From the NCBI GenBank assembly GCA_951406725.2, contig OX597814.1, positions 147,498,001 to 147,562,000 on the forward strand: DNA of 64,000 bases, given 5' to 3'. The stretch's first letter is position 1, and each line of letters starts with the position of its first letter. This DNA is from Octopus vulgaris. Taxonomy: Eukaryota. Below are positions 1 to 13,190 of the stretch, one piece after another. The notes beneath the pieces are model-generated. The model searched no databases. It had not been told where the DNA came from and saw nothing but the letters and a program-made list of their open reading frames with translations. The position numbers and the translations under genes are program-made.

Positions 1-456
1 GCATTGAAATTGATGTGCTGGACACATGCTAGTTGTCGGGAGATCTTGAAGTAATGCGTTTTCCCAAACTTGAATAATTTTACAACTGTTCTGAATACTC
101 TGGCTGCAATTACAATAAGAATATTTGTTCGGTTAAATGACACCATCCTAAAAAGGGTTAGCTGCCGTGGTGCATTCAACTTAACTACGAAATGAAATCT
201 TCGTTCAAACGGTAGGTCGTAGAAATTTCTTCTTGATTCAGACCAATAATATATGTCTACATAATGTAATATAATCTTCAGCTATACAGCTAGGAGAGTT
301 AAGCCAAAGCGTACATTCAACAGTAAGTGAAATATTACCAAATTACTCAAGTTTATAAAATTTAGAATATTCTCCAATTACGGACACAAATATAACTATC
401 TTTCTACTCAGGAAAGGCCGAACAATCGAAATAATATTACATATTGTAGCTTTTCC

Positions 457-1329
<873 letters not shown>

Positions 1330-2180
1330 TGGTATATATTAATATTTCTAGAAACAAAGCTGAAGTATTTAATAATAATCTATCTAAAACTTTGTCCTTC
1401 GTGATTCCAATAAAACTAAGAGAAAGAAGTATCACTGGGATACAGCCAAATATTGCTGTCTTTAGCATGTACACTATATTTTACAATAATGAAAAGACAG
1501 AATCCCATCTTCGAAACGTAAGTATTGAAAATAATAGAAATCATTTTCGGCTGGAAATAACAATATATTTTCTGGAATGGCTTTTCTACAGACTGAATGA
1601 GAAACCAGCGTCAGAGAAAATGAAGGATAGGGTCAGACTGAAATAATATATTAATCATCATATCGTCAGTTCGCTGATGATTACAACTTTTTATCTCAAT
1701 ATTATAGATGAGATATTGTTTTGTTCTTTGTTTTGCCTGTAGTACTTCTTTCCTTCTTGACACTTTTAAGCACCATAAATATCATCAAATTGCTCTCTAA
1801 GACAGACATCACGAGCTACCAATGTCAATAGAATGGTCTACAGTTATTGCATTACTTATGTGAATGTGTATATATGTGTGTGTATGTGTGTGCGCACGTG
1901 TCAGTATGAATACAGAACTGTATAGAAAGATGTCCGCATACTGTATTATGCAGACTTTTATAACATATAACTTAATATAAGTGATAAATAAATAATGAAT
2001 ATGATGTGTTAGTAATGCATATATACATAATGTGTGTAACGGAAGGATATGTTTGCCTGAGTGCTTATATGAACATTATGCACATTCTTTAGTTATTCAG
2101 TCTGTTGTACCCAATGTAGCTATGATCATACTGGAAAAGTGCCTTCACACATACGCAGATTTTTGCTTATATGCATGCAA

Positions 2181-2229
<49 letters not shown>

Positions 2230-2502
2230 ATTGTGTTACCAATTTTGACCCTCCGCAAAATCCAAAACTTTATTTAATTCATTTTGCGGGAGCAACTGTT
2301 TTATCGAAAGCGTATCTTGTTGTTAAATGCTCGAAATACGACAGTAGAAAAACAGCCAACAATTAATGAAGGGTCGTTCTTTGATTTGCTTGTCTTTTTT
2401 TTCACTTGTGTCTTCCGTCGTTCGAAAAAATAGTTCATAGTCCATTTATTCATACTTCGTATTTTTCGTTGTACATGTTTCTTGATGTCCTGTGGCCACA
2501 AA

Positions 2503-2549
<47 letters not shown>

Positions 2550-2686
2550 GTATGTATCTATGTATATGTATGCATATATGTGCAGATGTATGTACATATA
2601 CGTATATATATGTGCATATGTATATATATATATGTATATATATACATATATACATTATTTATATTATATATATATTTAACAGAGTG

Positions 2687-2743
<57 letters not shown>

Positions 2744-3654
2744 CAAATCTAGACTGTATATGTATAATCTATTTTGCCAGACAGCATGAAAATCCCAGAA
2801 CAGTGCATACAATCTGAAAATCAATGCGGTCTTTCTCATTAAACATTTAAAATACACGCTGTAGAATGAGGAGGAGCTGTACAGAGTTAATTCATTATCA
2901 TTTTCTCAGATACAGGTAACAGTGACTGAGACCAATGCCACTTTATGCTTCATGCTTTCATACTTACAATCTTTCAATCCGATTATTCAGTTACATAACT
3001 GCCGTGCTTCAACATTAGTCAATTATTCCTGCATGGACATCACTTATTCCCAGACGACACAGTATAATGAGTTATATACCTACCTGATCGTTACATAATA
3101 ACCAATCTGTAACTGTCGAAACGATTTCACTTGCCCACTAATAGCATTCCCTTGTACATCGATCAGCTTTCAAATATAGTTACAAACAGCTTCCTCATTC
3201 ATTTACATTAAACAGAACAGTAATAAACTGCTGGATAGCTATTCTAGAGACGTAGAGGAAACTCAGGCACAAATAATCTAAACAACTTCGAGTAAAATGA
3301 ACTGTAGTTAACGTCATTGGGCATTTTTTCAAAAAACCTCGAACGGGAAGATTTTGTGTAACGGGAAAAAATCTAGAAAAACAGACTATGATATCACTTC
3401 CCAAAGTAGATCCATAAATGAGATCAGTAAAGCACGAGGTCGTATAATCACATTAAGCTAAAAGAAACCGAATTGTATTACAATTTGATGAAGATTACCA
3501 GGCGAAGTTACTTAGTGATTCAGGTCACTTGGTAAGATTTTTACATGAAAATCGGTGTTTGAGTTACTATCTAAACAGTGCTAATTAAAACGAATACTAT
3601 ACTTACATATTTTGCTTTGAGATCTATTTTCATTTTTTTGTACTACCCTACCGC

Positions 3655-3850
<196 letters not shown>

Positions 3851-4349
3851 ATATACGTACATACCAGCAGTAATACAGAAACACACAAATACACAAACAC
3901 ACACACTCATATACAGAAGACGAGGGACAGAGCGTAAAAATTAGTGTTTTCTACTCATAATTTCTGATTGGTATGATGTATTGGCTCTATGCATGAGCAA
4001 GTTTTGTTACGTAGCAACGTGGCGATTACATGTTGATCCATGTAACAACATTTAAGGACATAGCTAAATATATTAGGGAACGATTCAAGTGTAAATCCTC
4101 AGAAACGAATATTTTCGTAATATGGTTGATTTTAATTGAATACGCCCGTAAATTGGAAACAAGGGAATTGGACTATTAGTTAATATATATAAAGTTTATA
4201 GATGTTTAAGAAGTTTATTTTGAGATATCCTAATAGTACTTTCGATAAGGACTAGAATCAACTTGCCAGCTTCGATAGTTTTTGTGAGACAAACCAATAT
4301 AATTAAATTCCAGTATGAATACACTATTGATACCTATAAGTTACTATAA

Positions 4350-4540
4350 GTGGCGAGCTGGCAGAATGCTTATCATTTTCGCCATTTTTACGTTCAGAGT
4401 TCAAATTACGCCGAGGTCTACTTTCACTTTCATCCTATTAGGGTCGATAAAATATGTACCAGATGAACACTGTGGTCGATGTAATCGACTCATCCCCTCC
4501 CTCAAAATCACTAGCCTTGTCCCAAAAATTAAACGAATAC
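4350..4540 (+). mobile_element. tRNA-headed SINE family A (decayed copy)
   Basis: ggcgagctggcagaa (A-box-like) ... gagttcaaat (B-box-like) ... ctttcatcc.....gggtcgataaa...gtaccag core. Matches the better copies at 26196, 31201 and 34331. Confidence 0.8.
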
Positions 4541-4589
4541 TCTTATGTGACAATACTAATATTTCTGCAGACAGATAAATATAATCTTC

Positions 4590-5033
4590 GGATCTGTTCG
4601 GTTTGAACGGCAGTTTTTTCTAGCGGTGTCATATGAAATTGTCACCCATAATTATGACCCTAGTATCGATCTATTGCATTTCAATCTGTTTTAGGGTTAG
4701 GGCTAGTTAGGGTTAGTTACGTATAGGGTTAGGGTGGGGGAAGGGTATCTTTTTTTCTTCACAAATGTAAATAAACTCAATCTGTTTCTTAAACGAGGGA
4801 CATATTCATACGGCACATAATGTTTTTTTTTACCTCAATGGACGTAATTGATTGGTTGAAATTGCAGAAATTGAAGGAAAATAATAGCAAATATTTTACA
4901 AACTATAGAATTTTCTCAATAAAGCCAAGAGAAAAAGATGTTTTATAAACACATTCTACCAGTATATGAAGTTTAAAATTTTTTAGTTACCTAGAAATTA
5001 TGTTAAAAACTGCCGTTCAAACCGAAAAGATCT
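4590..5033. mobile_element. 444-bp MITE with 29-bp TIRs, 8-bp TSD and internal TTAGGG repeats (Merlin-like termini)
   Basis: Left TIR ggatctgttcggtttgaacggcagttttt (4590-4618) vs reverse complement of 5005-5033: 27/29 identical. TSD taatcttc at 4582-4589 and 5034-5041. TTAGGG at 4691, 4697, 4707, 4729. Confidence 0.88.
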
Positions 5034-5849
5034 TAATCTTCCTCTAATAAAGGCTCACTATCATTTGGGTGTAAATAACTTGTTCTCTTTTTAATGGAGA
5101 GGTTAAATTTATGTTCTAAAAATGTATAATTCGTATTTCAAATTACTGCACACGTTTATGCGAGAGTATCTCTGAAAAGAGAAAGAAAAATTGAACACGA
5201 TACACTCAAATACTGGTTTGCTAAAATTAAGAAGAGAGAGAAAATACTCAATAAATGATGTAGATTATATTTATTTACACAGAATTATTTTTCTCGCGGG
5301 AACAAAAATTACTTTAAATAAGCTATATAAATATATGCATATGTGAGTAATTGTAAGTGTGCGAACATTTTCTGTTTTCTTGGTTGTGAGGAGATGGTGA
5401 ATAAAGAAGGTGGGTTTCCAAGACCAGTGGTTTTTTTTGTTTCTTTTTTTTACGTGCGTGTATGTATGGCCCGGCATGTGTGTAGGTGTATGCGTGCGTG
5501 TGTGCAAAACCTATTGTAAGCGTTATTGTAGGCCTCATGTCAAAAGTTTACTTTGGATCTATTTACTTACAAAAATACATAGGAGATTAAATTGCAACAC
5601 GTTGTGAAAACATTGGCAACTTACAGCATACAGTAGGGAAACCAAACATCAACAGAACAGCAACATCTTTATGCTTGAAGTAACATGCCTGAAGGAATTG
5701 ATTGTGAAACGTTAAGGTTTCAAATTACGTCTTTTCTAATTGTTTATTGTAAAAAGCGTTTAAATGGTGTCTAAGCGAATAATGAATGTTGTGAAAATCG
5801 TAAAGCGGATAATAGCCTTACAAACAGTCAAAGAACGCTTATCTGTATA

Positions 5850-7245
5850 AGTATGCATGCATGTTTTCTAGTAGACGCGAATGGTTAAGAAATATTTTCA
5901 CAATCACGACGAGCCGGTTTCGATAATGTATCGTTGAATTGATGTGTTAGTAATACTCTCGAAATACACTCCTACGTGTGTGTATCTATTCACTTAAAGA
6001 ACCTCAGATGGAAAACCTTTGGAATGTCTTACTTGTTTTCACTGTGCCACTAATAGATCGCATTTAGAGAATCCGCTTCAGTTTCTTTTGCTCTTTCTTC
6101 GCAAAGTATTTCTTGGCTTTTGCTTAAATTTGTTGTTACATAATATAATGCACCTATGATGATAGATACAAATAAGAATTCATATACAAGGTACAAGAGC
6201 TATAAGCTCCGTATCAACTCACTGTAAATATTCTTTTCTCTGGACTTTTGATTGCACATTCACATTCATTGAACCACTGACTTCTACAACAGTGCATGAC
6301 TATTCTTCCATGCACAGAGAATAATATCAGGTATTTTATGTTTACACCTAATTGATGTTTGTATTAGAATGTTATCCCCGTATTCCTTGTTTTTAAAGGT
6401 GTGAATACATGCTGGTTTTGACATGCCTTTGATGTATACGTCCGGTCAATCATTCCTTCGGATATCATTGTAAATAGTCTCCTCCTGAGGAAGGTAGTAT
6501 CACGTAGACATTTTAGAGCAGCTGCTGATGTTGTATGCGATATCTTTCGCATTGATATAGCTGAGCCGACATTTTTTAATCAAAATATCGGGTTTTGGTG
6601 ATATATTTATCTCTCAGATATTAAGTAACTATCTCCTGTCCTTGGAGAGCGAATACCTATCCTTTTAGGCAGTATGTAATATATTTATCAATCACAAGTC
6701 CAGGAGAGGCTACTCTTCCTGTCAATGTTGTTGTTGTTTTCTAGCGTACAGGATGTGAACCTATGCATTGCTTTTTGCTGGTATGTTGATTGCTTCACCT
6801 CCAAGTTTCTGTTTAAGCAAGCCAGTCCAATCTCCTTTGCGTCATAGGAGACAGTTGTATTGTCGGAGTACCTCTAAATTAGTTCTTCTCCAACTCTGAA
6901 AATGCTTTTCGTCTCACATTTGATTTTGAATAGAATGCACATTTCTTCCTTTACTGTTCGGCATGTATATTCTAAGTGATACAATGCGAAATTCAAAGGT
7001 TGTTTGAACTGACTCTACTGCTGTCGCTGCCTCTCACATAGATCCTATCGATGCCGCTGTTTATGTGGAAATGACCAGTGGTGGTCTGTACCTTTCTGAT
7101 TTTGAGATCCAGGCTGTGTACCCAGCACAACATCCCAAATGCTGGTACTCACACTGGAAATACAAAAGCATTGTGAGATATGGTCTTGTTAAATGCAGAC
7201 AGCTCTGATTTCTATATTTTCTGGAGTCTACTGCAGAACTCTTAT
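5850..7245 (-). mobile_element. 5'-truncated, decayed R4/Dong-like non-LTR retrotransposon (RLE type)
   Basis: Manual minus-strand translation through stops and frameshifts gives EFCSRLQKI*KSELSAFNKTISHNAFVFPV ... HFHINSGIDRIY ... VFALQGQEI ... KCRL...NISSCSKM...YYLP ... KIPDII...CTVVEVS ... SISGTVKTSKTFQRFSI* (stop 6004-6006). Collinear with the element at 51460-53245. Confidence 0.85.
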
Positions 7246-7339
7246 AGTATGTGTGTATGTATGCATGTAAGCGTGTATGCATGTATGTATGCATGCATGT
7301 ATGTATGTATGTACGCATACATATACGTATGTATTTAAA

Positions 7340-8076
7340 TAGAGGTGGTATCAAAACATTCCCAGACTAGTTCTGTAGCGCACCAAGAGATGGCAGCATA
7401 CAACAGCATGCACAATGAGAGCTAACTGTGACATTCTTGAGGTAGTGTGCCAAGTGATATCGCTCTCTTTACTGCGCAACTTGTAAAATTTCTGCTTTTC
7501 TAACCACGTGTAGGCTATAGTCTACGATTTTGTTATGGATAACAAGTTGGAACAAAGAATCAACATGAAATTTGGCGTTAAATATAGAATGTTTTCTACA
7601 GACACACTGAGCATGCTTGGGCAAGCTTAGAGCGATGAAGTAGTGAGTCGTACGCAATGTTTCGATAGACACTGGCGTTTCAAAAATTGAAAGAACATCC
7701 TTGGAAGACGATGAGCGATCTGGAATAATTGCCATGAGCGTCAACATACATACATACATACTTTTCTCGCTGGATTAAGTGTTCGTTTATATTTTTATGT
7801 TTTCAATTTTATTTTTGGATCTTCTATATATATGAAAAATTTTCCTCCGTCTAGTTGTTTTTCTCTCTCAAAAACGAACAGTTGCATTATGGAACTGTCA
7901 TTTTAACAAGATTTTTTTGTATTTATTTATCACCCGACGAGATATGTCCGCCCCGCCGGTTGATCCTGTACCAGCTTTTGTGTGTCCCACAAGAGGAGTT
8001 GATGATGGATGTGTCGAAACAATTGCTGCGACTAATAATATATTCTCGTATATTCCGTATTCTGTCTTGTATTTGC

Positions 8077-8110
<34 letters not shown>

Positions 8111-8642
8111 CATACATACATACATACATACATACATGCATACATACTATAAGAGTACTGCAGTAAACTCCGGAAAATCCATCACCGCAGAAGCCAGAAG
8201 GTTGATCGAGAGTTCAACTGCGACGTTTAGAAGTGTTTGAGGGATGATTTTCGATAAAAGCGACCCGATCTGTTGAGCGCGAAGAATTTGGATTTTTAAC
8301 CGATCTTTCCTCACGCGTAAATTTCTCGCGAAAAGCAACATGATATCGCAACCACACCCGCCCTATTTGCCAGATTTAGGACTTATGGAATTCTGTCTTT
8401 TCCTTAAGAGAAAATACATCTCAATGGTTACCGTTTTAACACCATTGTTGAGATCCAGAACGCAGAAGGTCCTCGACTTGCTTACGGAAAACGACTTCCA
8501 GCCTAGACTCCAAAAGTGGCAGGGACGCTGGGTCCGGAGTATTGCTCCGCAAGGTGACTATTTCGATGATGTTAAAATATAGGCAAATAAATTATATTTA
8601 TTAAAAATAACTAGTCTGGGAAGCTTTTACTACCACCTTATA
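7340..8642 (+). mobile_element. Mariner (Tc1/mariner) relic with both TIRs, internally deleted and interrupted at ~7735-8180
   Basis: TIRs tagaggtggtatcaaaacattcccagactagtt / aactagtctgggaagcttttactaccacctta. N-terminal HTH KLEQRINMKF...LEDDERSG (~7544-7725). C-terminal KRPDL, HPPYLPDL (YSPDL motif variant) and KWQGRW...QGDYFD (8195-8582). Confidence 0.9.
7925..8035 (+). ncRNA. Degenerate type I hammerhead-like motif
   Basis: CCGACGA (7934-7940), stem II GATATGTCC/GGATGTGTC (9 bp with GU pairs, long loop), GAAAC (8016), palindromic CAATTG. The cleavage triplet reads GCU, so this copy is probably inactive. Confidence 0.55.
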
Positions 8643-9615
8643 TACATGTTTTCTTATGTGTTTAAATATCAATATAGAAGTTTACATGCGCTTTTACAGA
8701 TATTTGTATATTTGTAAAGGGCAATGACATAACCGAGTGTTTAAGAAAATGGATTCGAAATCATGATATCTCGAGTTGACCAATGTTATGAGATTAAAAT
8801 TGGGTAACACTGCTACTGTGTGAGAAGACACAGATGAACTCGACCTAAAACTTAAACTGCCAGAGTTTCAATTTAAGGACACCTGACCCTAGGAATACAA
8901 AAACATATGCGCTATGAGTACAACGAAAAATAGTTATAGTCCCTTCCACTGATCAGTTTTAAAGCGCACAGCTTCAGTATTTAGTTTAACTAGTTTTATT
9001 AGCAAGTATGCATGTGTTGATACTGAGAACATTTTAAAGTGATGTAATGTTTTATTTAATTTCATTCCAATTTCTGCATTAGAATGTTGTTACTGCCTTT
9101 CTTCGCTATGTTACTGAACTTTTTTCCGTTCTGAAGCAAACGCCTCTAACTCAAAAACACACACGCTTTCAAGCGAAAACGTATACAAACGCACATACAC
9201 AAACACATGCTTTAACACGTACACGCTTTCACAAGTGCGCGCACACACACACACACATACACAAACACAAAAACAAAACAAGCACTCACAAACATACAAA
9301 CACGCAAACACACACACAAAAACACGATTTCACCAATGCACGCATTCACATACAAAGATTAACAGAAACTAAGAAATATATATACATATGAACATTGGAA
9401 TGAGCGTGTGTATATATATGAATATGTGTCGGTATGTGTATTTGTGTATATGGCCACAAAAATACATATAAGTTTATACATATATATACATACATATATG
9501 TATGTGTGTGCGTGTACGTGTATATAAATATGATTACACATTTGTATATGCGCATATGTTTGTATATGTATATATCCATCTATCTATAGTTCTCTCTCTC
9601 TCTCTCTCTCTCTTG

Positions 9616-9655
<40 letters not shown>

Positions 9656-9752
9656 ATGTGTGTGTGTATGTATGTATGTATATACGTGTGTATATATTCA
9701 CATAAAAATAATTGCATACTCACAGTCTCAAACATATGCACACAAACACACG

Positions 9753-9797
<45 letters not shown>

Positions 9798-10589
9798 GCA
9801 CGGAAATATGATCATAGACTTACACGATCAAAATAAGCTAAGTGGTTTTAAGAGCCATTTAAAATTGCACAAACGAAATCTCCACACATACACGCGCACA
9901 AACATTACACATACACACACACACACACACACACGCTTGGAGACATGCATCCTGTTTACTCTGTCTGTTTCCACCCTCTCTTTATCTACTCTCAGTCTGT
10001 TGGATTCTTATTACAATATCCTCTACTCCTCTAATCTCGCTACTTTCTGACCCTCGCGGCTCAGAATTTCATGTACTCTCCTCAGCTCTGCTAAATTTCA
10101 ATCCGCAGATCTTGCATTAAACGCTACTCTAACGATGTAGGATGTTCTAAGTCTTCTGCTCTATTCTGCAGCATTCTTTAATATCAAAAATTATTTAAGC
10201 TAAACCTTCGCTATCAAAGTATAAATGTGACTTTTTGTTAGCTTGCATTTGCTAATGTGCGCTATTACTCTTTCTGCGTTTGCTTGTAACAAGTGCTTGT
10301 TGCAAGTCCATTAGTAAAATCCTTGTAGTGAATCATTAGATATTTTATGTAGTCATATACTGTTGGTATACAAGACTGATACATGACTGTATAGTAATAA
10401 TTACGGACATTCACACGCGCATACAAGTTCCCATATTTTCTACGAGGGTGTGTGTGCTAAGAAGTTTGCTTCCTAACCACATGCGTGATACCTTGGGCAT
10501 GTACCATATACAATAGCATCTGGCCGACTTGAAAGTAGATTTGGTTCACAGAAACTGAAAGAAGCCCATCGTCGGTAACTACACATGTG

Positions 10590-10760
10590 CTGTTGGCGAT
10601 TTCTTTTCCTTCTTTGGACTTTTTCTTCCTTCTTTCCGGCGAAGAGTTATGCTTGAAATATCACACTCACTCTTCACCGAGCGTCAAGGTTGTACATTCC
10701 TTGTGCACGTCCTATTTTTTTCGTACGTTCATTTTATTTTTCGTCTATTTGAATTGACTA
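10590..10760 (+). mobile_element. Short Penelope pLTR-like repeat with a degenerate minimal hammerhead (family also at 47470-47615, 50095-50295 minus, 50390-50520, 50730-50840)
   Basis: Shared motif C(C/T)GxxGA-AGAGC-loop-GCTC-GAAAC-GTTA followed by gagcgt and a pyrimidine tract running into (TA)n. Confidence 0.6.
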
Positions 10761-10903
10761 TATATATATATATATGTATATATAGTCATTTTAAATAAAA
10801 CCCTTGATTCAACACTGGATACAAACTCTATACTTGGAATGAACAATTTTAGATATATCGTATTTTATCTAAATTAACTATTGCTTAACCATATTCTCAC
10901 ACC

Positions 10904-10951
10904 GTCTCCAATGAAGGGATATAATAAATATCCTGGAAACAGTTCTAAGAC
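10904..10951 (+). ncRNA. Degenerate minimal hammerhead-like motif
   Basis: gtct-CCAATGA-A-GGGATAT-aataa-ATATCCT-G-GAAACAGTTCT-aagac: stem I gtct/agac, 7-bp stem II, mutated core. Confidence 0.5.
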
Positions 10952-11175
10952 CAGACCTTCTATTTATAAATGTTCTAATATCTTCCCAGTCTTGTATTTT
11001 TTTAATTTCATTCTGGAAGAAAAATTTATATATATATACTCAAGCTGATATATGAAGCACGTTGGACTCCTTATTCGCATAATCACTGAATTTAAAGCTT
11101 AACAATGGTCTATCCATAGCACTTACTCAGCATTACCTGACACCTTTAGGTATTACTGACACCACTACCTCTCAT

Positions 11176-11302
<127 letters not shown>

Positions 11303-12832
11303 AACACTTTGTTTGTTTTTGTTCCCCATTCCCGCTTGACTGATGTTAGTATGTTTACGTCACCGTAACTTACTAGTGTAACAAAAATGCCGATAAAATA
11401 AGAACTCAGTTTAACAAATAGAGTACAGGGTCGATGTATTCGACTAGAAACCTCTTCAAGGCAGTGCCTCAGCATGACCGAAGTCTAATGACTGGAAGAA
11501 GTAAAACGAAAAAAAGATTATTGTCTATATTAGCTAATGTGGCTGAACTGCTTAAAATAGCTGAAATTTGAGGGAGATATCGTTGTTGCTTCTAGCATGT
11601 CTGTAGTCGCACTGTAGTATTTAGAGTGGACATGTTTGACTGTTTAGAATTTATTCAGTTTGGAATTATTTGACAGGAGACGTCTGTAACGCAGGCTTGT
11701 CTACCTCATGACCTGACGTAGACAGAGAGTCTGTTTCAAGTATGACATTTTTTACACCGAAATTTTATTGAGTGAACAATCATTTTCTGCATGGCTTCCT
11801 CTACTGGAAAAGCAGGAGGCCTTAGTCTTAGGAAGCGCATTAAGTACTAAATGAACACATTCGTAAGCAAACAGTCATTTAATTTCAAATATAGGCGCAC
11901 GCGTGTCGAGACCAATTAGTGAAAACCAATTGGTTCTGGGTTTAGTCTCACTGCGTAGTACCCTGGGAGAGTGTCTTCTGCCATAACCTACTTAAGTTTG
12001 TATATGTTTGTGTGAGTGTGTGTTTGTCTTTGTGCCTGTGTTCGTCCAGCAACACCGCTTGAGAATTGGTGTCGGTATGTTTACGCCACCGTAACTTAAC
12101 TCTTCGGCGTAACAGACGATAGAACAAGTATCATGAAAATAAAAAAAATATATACATACAAAAATATAATACATACAAAAGCAACATTTTTTCAGGGACA
12201 CCTAAAATACTATTGTGGGTCCATAATTTACTATTTTGTTGCGTGGACCCTTAAAAACTTATACGGCACCTTAGCGCCCATATGGACCCAGGTTGGGAAC
12301 CACTTGGCCTGTCGTGCTTTACACTGTGAAGAGAGAAGAGGGGCGAAATTAAAAGATATAGAAACAATTGCATAAGAAGTGCAGAAAGAATGGAGTTAAA
12401 GAATCATGGAGACTGGACAGTCCTAGGGTCCACTTGTTTGACAAAAACCCTTCAAGGCAGTGCTACAGCATGACTGCGGTCATGTGAGGGAAAAAAGCAC
12501 CCAAATATTTGATGAAAATTAAATTATAATATTGTGTATGCTTATATTTTCTGGTATTACTTACCAAGGGCGGCAAAATTATACTTCCAAAATTACCTGT
12601 GTTATCACAATTTACTATATTAACAATCCTTTTTACAAGACCAGAATTTTTAAAGGGATGGCGCAAGGCAATTATATCGACTCAAGTGTTCAACTGGTTC
12701 TTATTTTATCGAGCTTGAAAGGAAGAAAGACCAAGTCGAACTAAGAAGAATTTAAATTCAGAAAGAAATGCTGTTACTATGCAGGCGTACTAAGGATTCT
12801 TTCGAGATCGCCATCTTATCCTGCCGCGCAAA

Positions 12833-13190
12833 AAATCATTTCTGTTATAGGCACAAGGTCCGTAGCTTTGGGGGAGGAGGATAGTCGATTACATCGACCC
12901 CAAAATTTCACTGGTACTTAATTTATCGACCCCAAAATTAAACTTAATTTATCGACCTCGGCGAAATTAGAACACAGAACGTAGTGACGGGCGAAATACT
13001 GCTAAGCATTTCTTCCAGCATGCTAACGACTCTGCCTGCTCGCCGTCTTTGCCATACAAGTAATATTTTCTACTCTGGGCACAAGGCCTAAAATTTTGGG
13101 GGAGGGGGCCAATCGATTAGATCGACCTCAGTACGCAACTGGGACTTAATTTATCAAACCCAAAAGGATGAAAGGCAAAATCGACCTGGG
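12833..13190 (-). mobile_element. SINE family A, one near-complete copy plus a second partial unit
   Basis: Reverse complements of the core (ctggtacttaatttatcgacccc; aaaggatgaaaggcaaa) and of the head (tgctaacgactctgcctgctcgcc). Confidence 0.85.

Noticed and set aside
1-110. Possible L2-like ORF2 remnant on the minus strand (AARV...LLQDL...QHINF)
   Set aside because: Too short and degenerate, and cut by the window edge.
2960-3035. Apparent minus-strand micro-exon (cag|...|gtaagt)
   Set aside because: All three frames contain stops, and there is no partner exon.
12140-12306. hAT-like MITE end (ggacccaggttgggaaccact)
   Set aside because: Only one terminus visible; no matching TIR or TSD found.
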